From Octopus vulgaris (taxonomy: Eukaryota), in assembly GCA_951406725.2 (NCBI GenBank), contig OX597825.1, positions 46,004,001-46,068,000 of the forward strand: a DNA stretch of 64,000 nucleotides, in the 5' to 3' direction. Every line of letters starts with the position of its first letter. The stretch's first letter is position 1. The translations under genes and the position numbers were made by a program. The notes beneath the pieces were generated by a model. The model had not been told where the DNA came from and searched no databases. It saw nothing but the letters and a program-made list of their open reading frames with translations. Positions 40,561 to 53,960 of the stretch are shown here, piece by piece.

Positions 40561-40741
40561 AAATCTAAAACTAAAAATCAATTAAAATTAACATAAAATA
40601 ACTTATGTAAATTTTAATGTAGTATATTGTAGCAAAACTGCTGTTCATCATGTAACGTAATTTATATTTACTGTATTTTACAAATTATATAACTAATTTC
40701 CATCCATCCATCCACCCATCCACACATACATATATCAGAAT

Positions 40742-40977
40742 AGGAGATTGGAAAAATTTTTTGGGTATTATTTATTCACCATTACACATATTTCACTTGC
40801 TAATAGGAGTTACAAAATTGTACACATAGGACATCTGTCATTGGATTCTCGGTCTAAAAAATTTCTAATAGATGTTCTACATGTTTTTCCTACATGTACA
40901 ATTTCGCAACTCCTATTATCAAGTGAAACATGTGTAATGGTGAATAAATAATACCAAAAATATTTTCCAATCTCCTG
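40742..40977. repeat. Fold-back inverted repeat, ~87-bp arms
   Basis: 40742-40828 is the imperfect reverse complement of 40890-40977. Confidence 0.8.
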
Positions 40978-41000
40978 TTTAGATGTGTGTGTGTGCAGAC

Positions 41001-41066
<66 letters not shown>

Positions 41067-41618
41067 ATATATACACGTACATGCTTATATGTTTACAAAT
41101 TGGTATTTGTGGATGTATGAATCCACTGATATCAAATCATAAATCAACCCAAGTGACTAGATAACAATTGTATGCTGCCTTAGCAATGTATGAGTGAACA
41201 CATGCATTGGCCTGTTGGCTGATGTCTGTGTGTGGTGCTGGTGAAAATGGGTAAACGAGTTTTATATGTGTATGCATGGGCATGTGTATGTATAAGTCAC
41301 CTAGGATCAGTCTGAATGTCTTCATGTTTTGTTTCTTGCTTCATTGATGGTTGTTTTATTGTTTAAAGATTTTATTTAATGTTTTTCATTATCAGTGTAA
41401 AGCATAATATTTGATTCACTTGTCTATTTATAAGCGAAGTGTTCTTCATTCTAACTCATGTTTCTCCTGTATGTGAGTGGCTACAGGCAAATACCAGAAA
41501 GTATGCTAATCAAAATAAGTGAAATATAGATTAAAGTACAAGGTACCTTTTGACAAATCACTTGATAAGACACATCTGCATCAAAAGATACACCACAAGT
41601 ATTTGTACAGAATCTCAC

Positions 41619-41730
41619 CTGCGAAGAACTGATGCTCAATGGGTTGAAATGATTGTAGTGATTAATAAAGACTCTCATGAATTCCATTTCTTTCTCTTTT
41701 ATATTACAAACTTTAGACATGAAGGTATTC
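41619..41730 (-). CDS. Putative internal exon of host gene
   Basis: ttacttcag|G AAT ACC...TCG CAG|gtgaga; 112 nt, open frame NTFMSKVCNIKEKEMEFMRVFINHYNHFNPLSISSSQ, phase 2-0, non-repeat context. Confidence 0.55.
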
Positions 41731-41869
41731 CTGAAGTAAATCCATTGGCATTTATATCCATAATGTTGATGACATTAGGTAGCTGAATACAGTGAACAGA
41801 CTTTAAACAGCATACTACAAGGTGTATACCCAAATTTAAAATTGTTATTTATACATATGTATACATATA

Positions 41870-43060
41870 TGAAAGGAAAAGCAGAAAGTAGATCTACCAA
41901 TGTTTTAAAGTATGAGGTGTTCCAGACTACAAAGTGGATCAGAGAGAATAGAGATATTGTAGGTGAGAAATGTGTGTGAATAGATACTGGTATACTTGCA
42001 CTCAGTGATTCAAAGAAGAAATGTGCATAGAAGTACCACAATGTATGAGAGAAGGAGAGTCTTTCAAATATAGACTCAACTGAGGGACTAACAATCACAG
42101 TTAACAACAGTATGATAGCTGAGGCAATTAAAGATATGAAGACAGGGAAAGCCCCTGGACCATCAGGAACCACCATTGAGATACTTAAAATATCTGGTGG
42201 AGAAGGATACAGTCTAGTTATTCATAAAGTAAATCAGGTTATCCCCAATAACTGGTATTATATTTAGCTGCTACAAGGGTAAAGGTGATGCCTTAGATAG
42301 AAACAACTACAGAGGTATCAAACTGCAGGACCAGGTCATAAAAATTAGAAAGAGTTAAAACCCAATTGATTAGGATTAAACTAGATGAAATGCAGTTTGA
42401 TTTTGTTTCTGGGAAATGTACCACAGATACCATCTTAGTAGTGCAACAGCTGCAGGAGAAATATCTAGCCAAAAGTAAGCCATTATACTTGGCTTTCATC
42501 AACCTGGAGAAAGCTTTGACAGAGTCCATTGCTCTCATTTGATGGTCCCTAATGAAGTTAGGATCAGACATGCAGCTTGTCAGAGCTGTACAAGCCACGT
42601 ATAGCAGTACTGTCAACAGAGTGAGAGTCAGCCCTGAGTACAGCGATGAATTTTGTGTACAAGTAGGGGTTCACCAGAGCTCAGTTCTCAGTCCCCTCTT
42701 ATTCATCATAGTCCTCCAGGTCATAACAGAGGAATTCAAAATTGGATGCCCATGGGAACTGCTATATGTTGATGACTTTGCTCTTATAGCAGAATTGGAA
42801 AAGAAATTCCAGGTATGGAAGCAAAACCTGGAAAATTAAAGTTAATCTAGCAAAGACCAAAGTTGTTAGCAAGAAAGCAGTAAGACTCTCTTTCCATCAG
42901 GTAAATGGCCCTGCTCAATATGTAGGAAAGGTGTTGGAAGGAATTCCATTTGTTGCACCCGGTGCAAGCTATGGACACATAAAAAGTGCAGTAGAATCAC
43001 AGGCAGATTAAGAGAGAAAGTCATCATTGTATGTGGCAGATGAACCGGAACAATAAGCAC
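41870..43060 (+). pseudogene. RTE LINE RT fragment
   Basis: KTGKAPGPSG, NNYRGIKL, VGVHQSSVLSPLLF, LLYVDD, followed by Cys-rich PCSIC...C..C..W.H..C. Confidence 0.85.
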
Positions 43061-43222
43061 CTTTAAAATATGATGAGATATATTTGCATGAATAAATGCT
43101 TTGTGTATGTAATTTATTTGAACCTTTAATTAATAAATTAAAGCTTGAAATTCAAAAAAATCTGTTGACTCAACCTGGTATATGTGTTCTTGCATACACA
43201 TGTAAACAGATGTGTATGTATG

Positions 43223-43270
<48 letters not shown>

Positions 43271-43749
43271 ACACATATGCACCAGCATAGGTACACAGGA
43301 GCACAAGTACATCATATATAATGTAAAAGCAAGGGTGGTTACGAATTGCTAGGGAAACGTGGGGAAGAAAGATGCATGGCTATCGTGGAGATTGTGAGGG
43401 CATGGGGAGGGAGTAGAAACAGGAGATAAAATGACAACTTATTTAGTAATTATTATGAGAAATCCTAATTCGTAATTGTGTGATGCTAAATGGAGACTCC
43501 CAAGAATATTTATTAACTAAAATGGCAATCACCATAAACAGTAAACTATTTTATACCATATACAAGAATCAACAAATTAACAACATATTACCATAATATT
43601 TTAAGGCTGAGGGAATGAGGGATGAGTAGAAGCTAGAGAGTAGATGTTACAAAACAGAATTTAAAACTTAAAACTCTTTTTCATTTTTCCAATATAAAAT
43701 GGGTAACTAAACAAAAACAATCAGCCATCCCCTGTATATCATCGCCATC

Positions 43750-46625
43750 TGGAATCCAGATACAAACTGCTGTCCTTGAATGCCCATAGTTTATGCAACA
43801 AGGTACATCTTTTTGACTCTTACGGCAAAAGTATCAACCCAGATTTCATCACAGTCACTGAAACATGGGCACATTCTGCACTCTGTGATGGGGTTTTCAG
43901 CATAGCCGGCTACAACCTGTTCCGCAAAGGCCGCATTAACCGCCGTGGAGGGGTTGTGATGGTTTATGTTCGATCAAATCTATCGGCAATTCCTTGTGAT
44001 GATTTGAACCAATCTCAACAGGAAGTATTTTTCTGCAATGACCATGTCAACACTTCTGCTTGATGTTGTTTACCCCCCCCCCCCAAATTATTGTCAAGAC
44101 ACACAACTTTTTTATATCCTCAGAGCTGCTGCCATGAAAACAGCCATTTATGTTTATATTGCAGGGGACTTCAATTTCCCTGAGATTGATTGGGAGGCCT
44201 TCCGTTGGCCACAAAGTGCAGCTAATTTCCTTGAACTGGTGCTGAATTCAAATTGGTCCCAAGTCGTTACCTCCCCCACAAGGGGTAACAACACTTTGGA
44301 TCTGCTACTTACCACTTCTCCTGAAACAATTATTAGTGTCACTACTGAAGAACCTTTAAGTGACTCTGATCATTCCATGATCATGGCCGACTTGTCTCTG
44401 ATTAGTTGTAACAAAAACCACAACCATCTTCAAACTGCCCGCTTTGACTGGAATAAAGCAGACTGGAGCTCTTATTGTACGGAGCTGCGATGCCCAAACT
44501 GGCTCGAATTTTATGCCTCTGGAGATGTGAACACTATACTTCAGAACATTCTGAATTCAATATGGGCGGCATGTGCAGCATCAGTACCACGCAAGCACAA
44601 AAAAAACCACCCAATAGTGCAATTTAGGAGACTGCAGCAGTCCAACTTGCCAGGAAAGAACGCCGTAATGCTGAACAGGAATACAAATTGCACAAATCAG
44701 AGATCAACAGGAAAAAGCGCAATAGATCAGCCAACCACCTCAAGCAGGTAACAAAAAAGGCAGTGCTTGAATTCGAACAACACATAACAACCAACCCTGA
44801 CAGCAAAGTCTTCTGGAAGTATGTACACTCAAAGCTGAGACCTCACTCTCCAGTTGGTCCTCTTCGCAATCCCCACACAAGGCAGATTACTGGCAATCCC
44901 AAAGAATGTGCAGAAATCATTGCTGGATGCTATGCAGGCATCTTTACTGACGAAGATCAAAATGTTCCATCTCCATCACCTCTGACACTGGACTCTATAT
45001 CTACTATGAAGTTTACACCAGCAATGCTACAACGCTACCTTAAGAATAAACGCAACTATGCCTCTCCTGGTCTCGATGGTGTGACATACCTACTTCTCAA
45101 ACATGGTGGGTACTTTCTTCTAAACCAGCTTTCACTATTCTTCCAATTCAGTCTTGACAATGGTGTTACTCCAGACAGTGGAAAACTGCCAGTGTTATCC
45201 CTCTGTTAAAAAAGGTGACCGCACATCGCCTGTCAACTATCGCCCCAATAGTCTTACTAGCTGCATCGCCAAACTGATGGAATCCTGTGTCAGAGAAACC
45301 CTCTGGAACTTCTGGAAGTCTCACAGCCTCATCCAGCCGTCACAATTTGGATTTATTCCAAACTCCAGCTGCTGTAATCAACTCATTGAGTTTCTTGAAG
45401 ACATTACCCAAATCACTGATCGCGGATCCTGGGTGGATGTTGTTTACCTGGACTTTGCTAACGCTTTTAACTCTGTGCCACACAAAAGATCTCTATAACT
45501 GGTTGAAGTCCTTTATTATCGGCCGAAAAGAGGTTGTCACAGTTCTAGGACAGCACTCTTCACCCTATGAGATGACATTTGGTGTACCACAGGGATCTGT
45601 TCATGGCCCCCTTTTATTTGTTGCATATGTTAATGACAGATGCCAACTTAAAGAATGCCACAGTGCTGAAATATGCAGATGACCTCGAAATAAAGAGGTC
45701 AGATCCTGTACACTATAGATCTCTATTGCAATCAGACCTGGACACAATGCAGCAGTGGATCATGGACTGGCAACTCAAGCTGGCTGTGGACAAATGTACC
45801 ACCATGCATTTTGGGAGGAAAAACCCAGCGTCTACTTACTCCCTCCACAACACTAATCTCAAAAAGTCTTCGTGTGAACGTGACCTGGGCGTTATTGTCG
45901 ACAGCGATTTGCGTTGGACAAAACACATCGCTAAAATTGCTAAGAAGGCTGAGGGTGTCTTGGCATCACTCACCAAGTCCTTTGTGAGCTGCTCTCTGGC
46001 TATCTATCTGCGGCTTTATATAGCTATGGTACGACCTCACCTGGAATTTGCATCACCGGTCTGGAACCCCTATCTTGCCCAGGATATTAATCGTCTGGAA
46101 GCCGTTCAGCGACGTGCAACCAAGAGAATACCCTCCATCAGGCATTTGCCATATTCTGAACGCCTTACTTCCCTGGGCATGGACACATTGAAACTCCGAC
46201 GTCTGGCAGCTGACTTGGCAGACACCCATAAAATTATTAACCATCTTACAAACAATAACTCTGAGCACCTTTTCAAACTCCACCTGTCTAACACCCGTGG
46301 ACATGTTTACAAAGTCAGAAAACAGCACAGCTCCCATGACTTTTGGAAACATTTTTTCACGCTAAGAGTTGCTGAAGCATGGAACAGACTGCCGGCATCA
46401 GTTGTTAGTTGTCGGAGCACTGCATCCTTCAAAACTTCCATGCTTCCTGAGATTCGCCAACACTACACCTGATTTTCTCCCCTCCATACACACGCAAGCA
46501 TGTATCTGACTCATACACTGTTCACTTTCCAGACATTTGTACATTACTGCATATACTTTATACGCACTTTTTGACAAGCTGTGGTGCACCAGAGCACTGT
46601 ATACAATAATTTCATTATATTATAT
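43750..46625 (+). mobile_element. CR1-clade LINE ORF2 (APE + RT), frameshifted
   Basis: LNAHSL, ITVTETW, AGDFNFPEIDW, SDH, NYRPNSLTS, DVVYLDFANAF, YADD, VRPHLEFASPVWNP, LEAVQRRATK; (ATT)-like tail. Confidence 0.9.
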
Positions 46626-46657
46626 TATATAAAATGAGAAAAATGACATTTATATGT

Positions 46658-46800
46658 TAGGCATGGTCGTGTGGTTAAGAAGTCACCTTTGCTACCACAG
46701 GGTTCCAGGTTCATTCCCATCGCGTAGTACACTGGGCAAGCTTCTTCTCATACAGTTCTGAGATAACCAAATGTCTTGTTAGCGAATTTGGTAGATGGCA
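46658..46800 (+). mobile_element. tRNA-derived SINE, degenerate
   Basis: tggtcgtgtgg A-box, ggttcattccc B-box; homologous to 17636-17800. Confidence 0.65.
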
Positions 46801-46846
46801 TGTGGTGTGTGTGTGCATGTATAGATATATATATATACATTCATAC

Positions 46847-47180
46847 ACAGGGTGTTTGGGCCAAATTTGATTATTTCTTTATGACTCCTTTTTGCAGGAA
46901 CAGCTTGATTTATTGGAGAACAGTCAACACTGATGAGAGTATAAAGATTAAAGCTGCAGTTGAGAAAAAGTTAGCTGACATGGAGGGCTGGAAGCCATCT
47001 GAGTGTTGGAAAGAAGTTACCTGTACATGATGATTTGTGCTGAGTATCAAAATGCAACATCACAACTGCTGCTCAATGATCTGTGAACACTTTAAATGCT
47101 GTAAGACACGACATGTACAGCTGCAACAGAGATGACAAAGAGGTGGCCAGTATGAAGGGACACAGGAGGTATTCTGTGTC
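46847..47180 (+). mobile_element. Possible Tc1/mariner 5' fragment
   Basis: Starts cagggtg after a TA-rich flank; no DDE domain is visible. Confidence 0.3.
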
Positions 47181-47289
47181 CATATACATATATTGTTGTA
47201 TCAATAATAATAATACACCTACTGGTTCAATATCACTTCTTTATTATTAGTTAATTGGTTAAATATCTAACCAACTAACTAATTGACTG

Positions 47290-47815
47290 TTTGGTTAGCA
47301 TTCAAACTGGCCAAAACCAACCAAAATAATCTCCCCTTTATTTGTTCAAATCAGCTATAACCAGCTGTAATTGACTTCTGTATGAAATTGATAAAAAAAA
47401 TAAACAATCATGTTATTGAACTTTCATAGCTTTGTGATAATGTGAGATAAAGCCTTTCTGCCTTTACTCAAGTATAAATACTGTGAAATTTTTTAGACCA
47501 CATGACTTTTTCAACATTGGAAGTGAAGTGTCTATATGGCGTCAGTAAGTAGAAATTCTGAATTTGAAGGTTTTACACTTGATGATATACGAAATGTAAA
47601 AGGAAACAAAATAGTGAGTGGTCTTCAGATGAATCTGATATTGATATTAATGAAGTTTCATCAGATGATGATGAAGATTTCGACAGTGAGAGTGAAGAAA
47701 ATGACAACATTCAAAACATTACAGCAACATGGTTGAAAATTACATCAACCACAATTCCAGGTTCTACAGAAAAGACTGGTCCATAACACAATTTACCTCC
47801 TGATGCTCAACACTT
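47290..47815 (+). mobile_element. Possible piggyBac-like 5' fragment
   Basis: Acidic N-terminus MASVSRNSEFEGF...SDESDIDINEVSSDDDEDFDSESEE...W, as is common in piggyBac transposases; catalytic domain absent. Confidence 0.4.
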
Positions 47816-47819
47816 GAGT

Positions 47820-48100
47820 TCATCATCATCATCATTTAATGACCACTGTCCATGCTGGCATGGGTCGGATGGTTTGACCAGTGCTGGCAAGCTTGGAGGC
47901 TGCACTGGACTACAGTCTGATTTGGCATGGTTTCTATGACTGGATGCTCTTCCTAACGCCAACTACTCTGAGAGTGTAGTGGGTGCTTTATATGTCACTG
48001 GCATGACATTTGCATGACACCAGTATCTGTCAAGACTGCGATTTTACTTGGCTTGATGGGTCTTCTTCTGAAGCATAGCATAATGCCAAAGGTCTTGGTC
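47820..48100 (-). mobile_element. RTE-type 3' UTR fragment
   Basis: (cat)n tail then ccatgctggcatgggtcggatgg...ttcctaacgccaac. Confidence 0.7.
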
Positions 48101-48429
48101 AGGTCAAACTAAAGTGTTTGACCAGAGCAAAAAATAAATTAAAAACTAGTGTAATAGGTGTAAAATAAAAATGCACTCACGAACGGGGGTGGGGGAGAGG
48201 ACTCGGAAAGTTCACATCGTGAATGTTCCAAGTCATCTCACCACAGCCCCCCAAAAAAATGGTGCAATAGGTGTAAAACAACTTGCTGTAAACAAATATG
48301 AAAAAAAAATGTGTGCTCATGAACAGGGGTGGGGAGAGGACTCGGAAAATTCACATCGTTAGACCATGACCATTAAACTCCAGTGTTTGACCCGAGCAAA
48401 AATAAATTAGAAAATAGCGTCATAGGTGC

Positions 48430-50285
48430 ACAACAAACAAGGCATTTGACTATTGTGAATACTGACTTTGCCAATTCTTTCCTTTCGATTACAGGTGGGT
48501 GGTCCCACTCATGCTTCATCATTAGCGACACAGACAAATGCAGGCACTACAAAATAATCATTCCTGGGGCGACTCCCACTGTCCCACCAAGGGAACATGT
48601 GAACCACCTTATAATTTTAGTTACTGCTAGTCATCATACAGGGGTCCTGCCTGCAAGACCCCTATGCTGAGAGCTAATCTCTCAGCATATTCTATGTGTG
48701 TAGCATAGCCATCCTGCTGAGTAGTCATTGGAATGACCTGTCTTTAATACCCAAGGCATCTAGAGCACTGCACTCGCAGGCTGGTGCCAGGCACTACAGG
48801 CACCAACTGGGAATCCATGCACTTCTACCAGCTGATCAAACTCTTGCAAAAGCAATGGTATAACTGGTCAATACTTGTGCACTTTCTCAAGAGATGCCTC
48901 TCTCAAGGCATCTCCCTCCTCTAACCAGATGGTCATGTCTACTACTACTACTTTCTCAGGACAGCTAAAGACTAAGTCAGGTATGAGCCTGGAGCCTCCC
49001 ACAATGTACAAAGGCTCCACACTGATACTCCAGCCACAGGCGACAGCTTCTTTCACAACCAGATTACAGATTTTGTTGTGTCTGGCAAGTCGTGGCCCTT
49101 TAAGAGCACCACAAACTCTGCTGATGTGAGATATTGTCTCCACCCTACTCTACACATTGGACACATGAAGACCCCTCGGCTACCACGTATCATGGTCTCT
49201 CGAGTGGGAAATATGTTGGAGCGCATCTTGAGTAAACTCAAGAAACACTTCTCTGTAATCCCACCCAGTCTACTTATCCAACTATTGCCAACCACATCCC
49301 CACGAAACGCTGCTACACATGCCCTGTGCACCAGCTGGGCTTGCCCATCTATGGGAGTGCACCAGCCAGATATCAAGGTCATGTTTGGTAGCATCAGCAA
49401 GTTGAAGGAAGCTACTAATTGCTGATTCTGTTCAGCTAATCCGGCAGAATCAGCAATCTTTTTCACAAAGGCGTATCTCAACATCAGAAGGCGAAGATTA
49501 CAGCGGATGATACATTTGGGGATCAGCCTCACCATCTGGTGAAGTCTTAACCTGCTATCACACCGGCTGCTATATAGAAAGTAAGAAGTGGTATCTGGGA
49601 GATGAAGAATCCACCTAGCTCCCACACAGATAACCATGTCAAGTCTCTTGAGAATTCCTCACCTGCTTGAGACTATAAAATAGTCTTGGCAAATTGTACT
49701 GCTGTAACAAGAGGAATTTCTGTCAGGGTTTCAGTGGAGCCCTGCAAATCTTATCAATATCCAGGGACACCTGCTCCACTGAATCTAAACAAAATTCCTG
49801 ACTCGAGCTCGAAGTCCATGTAGGAACATTAAGTCCTAGGTTGGACATCTCTCCCGGTTCTACCTTTTTCATCGCACTACCATGGAGAGTGTTAGAGTGT
49901 TGACAAGACAGGACTTGCCCCAGCCACAAATGGAGAACCACTCACACTTACTAATATTGATTCCCAGCCCAACTGCGCGATAGAACTCCAGGCATCTATT
50001 CATAAGAGCCTGGAGACTATCACGTAACCCAGCGACTAGGACCAAATTGTCAGTGTATGTGAGTTCTTCTATTCTGATCCCCTCAACACTGAGACCTTCG
50101 CTGTCCGACAGAACATCTAACAGTGGGTTGGTTGCAATGTTAAAGAGGACTGGCAAGAGTGCGTCCCCTTGTCTAACACCCTGGCGAATCTTGATGGGCT
50201 CGCTAAGTTGCCCACTGACTGAGAATCTGGTAATGCTACTTTCATAGATCCCCTCCACGAGCACTATAACGTGCTCATGGAAGCC
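48430..50285 (-). mobile_element. R2-like (RLE endonuclease) non-LTR retrotransposon, 3' half
   Basis: RT GVRQGDALLPVLFN and LTYTDNLVL; C-terminal CPMC...ETISHISRVC, RHN, RLIPDLV...VVVD and EKVHKY (CCHC + PD-D-K motifs). Confidence 0.82.
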
Positions 50286-50289
50286 AAGC

Positions 50290-52480
50290 CTGGCAGGACC
50301 CATTCCTGTAAAGAATGGTGTCAAGCAGGATGACATCCTTGCCCCGACTATCTTTTCTTTGTACTCTGCTGCTGCTTTTACTCATGTTATTGCTAAGGTT
50401 AGCTCTCTGGGAATACCTGGACAAGGACATCATTTACGAGGCACCCATTCAGGCAGGTAAGAAGAATATTTGCCAGAACCTTGCCAGCAGCTGATAGTAG
50501 AGCAATACCTCTAAAGTTACCACACATTGTTCTGGCTCCTTTTCCTTTATAGAGAGGAAGAATAATTGCATCCTTCCAGTCCTTAGGTAGTGCACCATTC
50601 CTCCAGACTGCACTAATAAGTTCGTGAAGGGACTGTATGATGTAATCACCACCAAATCGCAAGACCTCAGCACAAATTCCATCCTTTCCAGATGCCCTAT
50701 CAAGATTCAAATTACTTACTGATATCATTACTTCATCTATTGAGGGCGTGGAATTTAAGGAGCCAATGATAGGTCTTTGTTGCATAGTATCCATCACTAT
50801 TTCATCCACAACTGACTCATGGTTTAGGAGTTCAGAGAAGTGTTCGATCAAGCAACCTGCAATTTTTGTTGATTTAGTAGTTAGAGTGAAAGACTTCTTG
50901 GAAAGCAAAGGAGCTGATGTGGAGCTCTTAGGCCCATAAACTTGCTTCATAATGTGGTAAAGCTTCTTGCTGTCATTTGCATCAGCAGCAGCCTAAACAT
51001 CACAAGCATGATCCTCCCACAAAGTGTTCTGTACCCTCCTGAGAGATCACTGCAGTAATGATTTTACACTGATATAGTGGACAAGTACTAGATTTCACTG
51101 CACAACAGAAAGTCCTCCATGTAGCAATACATTGTGGGCATTGCGCTTTACAGCCAATAGTCGATGAACTTCAGCATCATTTACATCAAACCAGTCTCTG
51201 AGTTTGGCAGTAGCATATCCCAGTGCTTCAGCAGCATTTTGAAGAACCTGGTCTTGAAAATCTTCCCATGTTGCAGTATGCGAGTCAGAAGCTCTTTCCT
51301 CAACACAGCATCATATATCTCATGGACATTCAGACACCGAGAAATGCTGACAGGCCCTCTTCCCGCTTTCACTGTAATCATCATCAGGAAGTTTGCTCAT
51401 ACCAGACTGTGGTCTGTCCAGTATTCCGATCCATGAAAGAACTTGACATTACAAATGTCATAGATGTCACGCTTGTGGATGATGACATAATCCAGTAAGT
51501 GCCAAACTTTAGGCCTTGGATGCATCCATGTTGTCGTGTGATCACCTTTGTGTATAAAATGAGTGCTTGCAATGTAAAGTCCATGTTCATCGCAAAGCTC
51601 AAGCAGCATGAGACCATTACTACTCATTTTCTCTACTGGAAAACATTCTAGAGAGTTCTATGTTTGCCAGTCAGTTCCAACCCTGGCATTGAAATCCCCC
51701 AGTAGAACAACCTTATCAGAATTAGGGATTTTCATAAGTATGGCTCTCAACTAGGTATAAAAAATACTTGTATTTTCATCACAGCTAGTCAAAGTAGGTG
51801 CATAGGCACTTATTAGAATAGCAAACTACCCACCTTTCAGGTGAAATCGCAGAGTCATTAGATGTTCATTTATAGGAAGAGGAAGCTCCTCCAACTTCTT
51901 AAGGATATCAGATCGAACTGCAAAGCTAACACCAGCTTTTCTGCACGCCCCCTCCATTTCCCAGAAAAGGTGTATCCACCTCCAACTTCCTCAAGCTGAC
52001 CATCACCTTCTATACGAGTCTCTGAAAGTGCAGCTATATCAATGTTATAATAGTTCAGCTCATGAACAACAAATGCAGTGTGTCTTTCAGGCCTACAATC
52101 CCTCTTGTTATCCAACAGAGTGCGCACATTCCTACATGAAATGTTTAAGTTCCATCCAAATTTTGTAAATAAAAGTCTCTTTGTTTTTTGAGTGCAGGGT
52201 GGACATCTGTCAGTCACACTAAACTGACCAGATATAGAAAGACAGGCAATTTTTGGTTCACCTTTATTAGAACCTCCCCAGCCTCTGGGTGAGCAGTGCC
52301 CTCTCCAAATGGAGTTGCTCAGACACTGATGAAGCAACAGAATCCTACCGCTGTCTTGTGCGACAAGGAGATGGCTTTATATCTAGCATGGGTTGTTTGC
52401 GTGCAGGTCGCTGACTATATGCTTCCAACCCTTCAGGTCTGCATGCTTCACCACCTTCCCATCACCACAGGACTTCCGAA
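50290..52480 (-). mobile_element. RTE (BovB-like) LINE, 5' half, with small inverted RT piece
   Basis: APE NVRTLLD...RPER.TA...IDIAALSETR, TTWMHPR, WTDH; RT NFRGIALLS...PES. 50295-50390 reads NGVKQDDILAPTIFSLY on the plus strand. Confidence 0.85.
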
Positions 52481-52660
52481 TAAAAAGAAATGTACAAAAA
52501 ATATATAAATATATATACTAAAAATAAAATAATGGGAAAAAAAACAAAAAAAACGCACATATCGAGCAGAGGTCAGCAATGCCTGTGCAGAGTTTTAGGT
52601 TCAATAAGGCTGGCACAACACCTCACAGACCCTGTCCACTTTATTGACATTATCCCTCCT

Positions 52661-52713
52661 CACAAAACTATCTGACGAATGGGAATGTGAAACTCTGAGT
52701 AACAGGTTTTGTG
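52661..52713 (+). ncRNA. Minimal hammerhead ribozyme, partly decayed
   Basis: cacaaaacta t-CTGACGA-atgggaatgt-GAAA-ctctgag-TA-acag gttttgtg; outer stem I cacaaaac/gttttgtg, weak stem II. Confidence 0.5.
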
Positions 52714-52993
52714 ATATTTTTGCTGCTTTTTAATAAAGCATATTACTCTACCTCTGGTATTCGAGTACTATTTTTTTCACCTTGTTTCGCATTTATGTGC
52801 TTACTCTGGTGTGTGTACATATGTACAAGCACATGCAATCATATAAACACATATACACACTCATATATATATGTATAATCTTAAAGTATACACATATATA
52901 TGCTTATCCATCTACACATATATGTCACTATTTTCACAGACAATGGTTAAAACTGAAAATTCTTTTTATACATATACATATATATATATATAC

Positions 52994-53033
<40 letters not shown>

Positions 53034-53043
<10 letters not shown>

Positions 53044-53400
53044 AATAGTAAAAAGTGAAAAAACTACAGAAGGTTTAAAGGTTAAAAAATATATATTTAA
53101 GTCAATATGTCTGAAGAATATTAAAATTTTTTTCTTACAATGACATAGTTTAGAAGAAAGACCGGTTTCGCGTTTAGCTTTTCAAATTTCTTAACGTCGT
53201 AAGAAATTTGAAAAGCTAAACGCGAAACCGGTCTTTCTTCTAAACTATGTCATTGTAAGAAAAAATTTTTTTATATTCTTCAGACATATTGACTCAAATA
53301 TATATTTTTTAACCTTTAAGCCTTCTGTAGTTTTTTCACTTTTTACTATTTTCTATATATTCAACCACGTGCTTTCACAAACCAACTTTCTTATCTATAT
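53034..53400. mobile_element. Palindromic Neptune-pLTR derivative with U3-A8 hammerhead on both strands
   Basis: ~160-bp arms 53034-53193 / 53200-53360 with a 6-nt loop; homologous to 21870-22075; motif TTGAAAA-gctaaacgc-GAAA-ccgg-TC at 53208-53233. Confidence 0.85.
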
Positions 53401-53407
53401 ATATATA

Positions 53408-53960
53408 TCATCATCATCGTTTAACGTCCGCTTTCCATGCTAGCATGGGTTGGACGGTTCAACTGGGGTCTGGGGAGCCCGAAGGCTGCACCAGGCCAGT
53501 CAGATCTGGCAGTGTTTCTACAGCTGGATGCCCTTCCTAACGCCAACCACTCTGAGAGTGTAGTGGGTGATTTTATGTGCCCCCGACACAGGTGCCAGAC
53601 GAGGCTGGCAGACGGCCACGCTCGGATGGTGTTTTTTATGTGCCACCGACACAGGTGCCAGACGAGGCTGGCGAACGGCCATGATCGGATGGTGTTTGTT
53701 ACGTGCCCACAGCACGGAGGCCAGTCGATGCGGTACTGGCTACGGCCATGTTCGGATGGTTTTCTTATGTGCCACCGGCACTGGTACCACAAAGATACAA
53801 ATTCCATTGATGTTCATCTATTTTGATTTGGTTTTTGGTTTTCACTTGCCTCAACAGGTCTTCACAAGTGTCACAAGAAGGAAGGTATGCACAGGTGGAC
53901 TGACTACGTCCCAGGTAGGGGCCACGGGTTATGGCCTCACTAGTCTTGCCGGGTCTTCTC
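53408..53960 (-). mobile_element. RTE-type 3' UTR/tail, close relative of 329-968
   Basis: Highly similar reverse complement of 329-968. Confidence 0.8.

Noticed and set aside
40742-40977. Hammerhead in the fold-back repeat
   Set aside because: Only a GAAAC-atgt-GTA half is visible; no core heptamer was found.
52300-52480. Expected HDV-like ribozyme at the RTE 5' end
   Set aside because: The nested double pseudoknot could not be identified by eye; a covariance-model search is needed.
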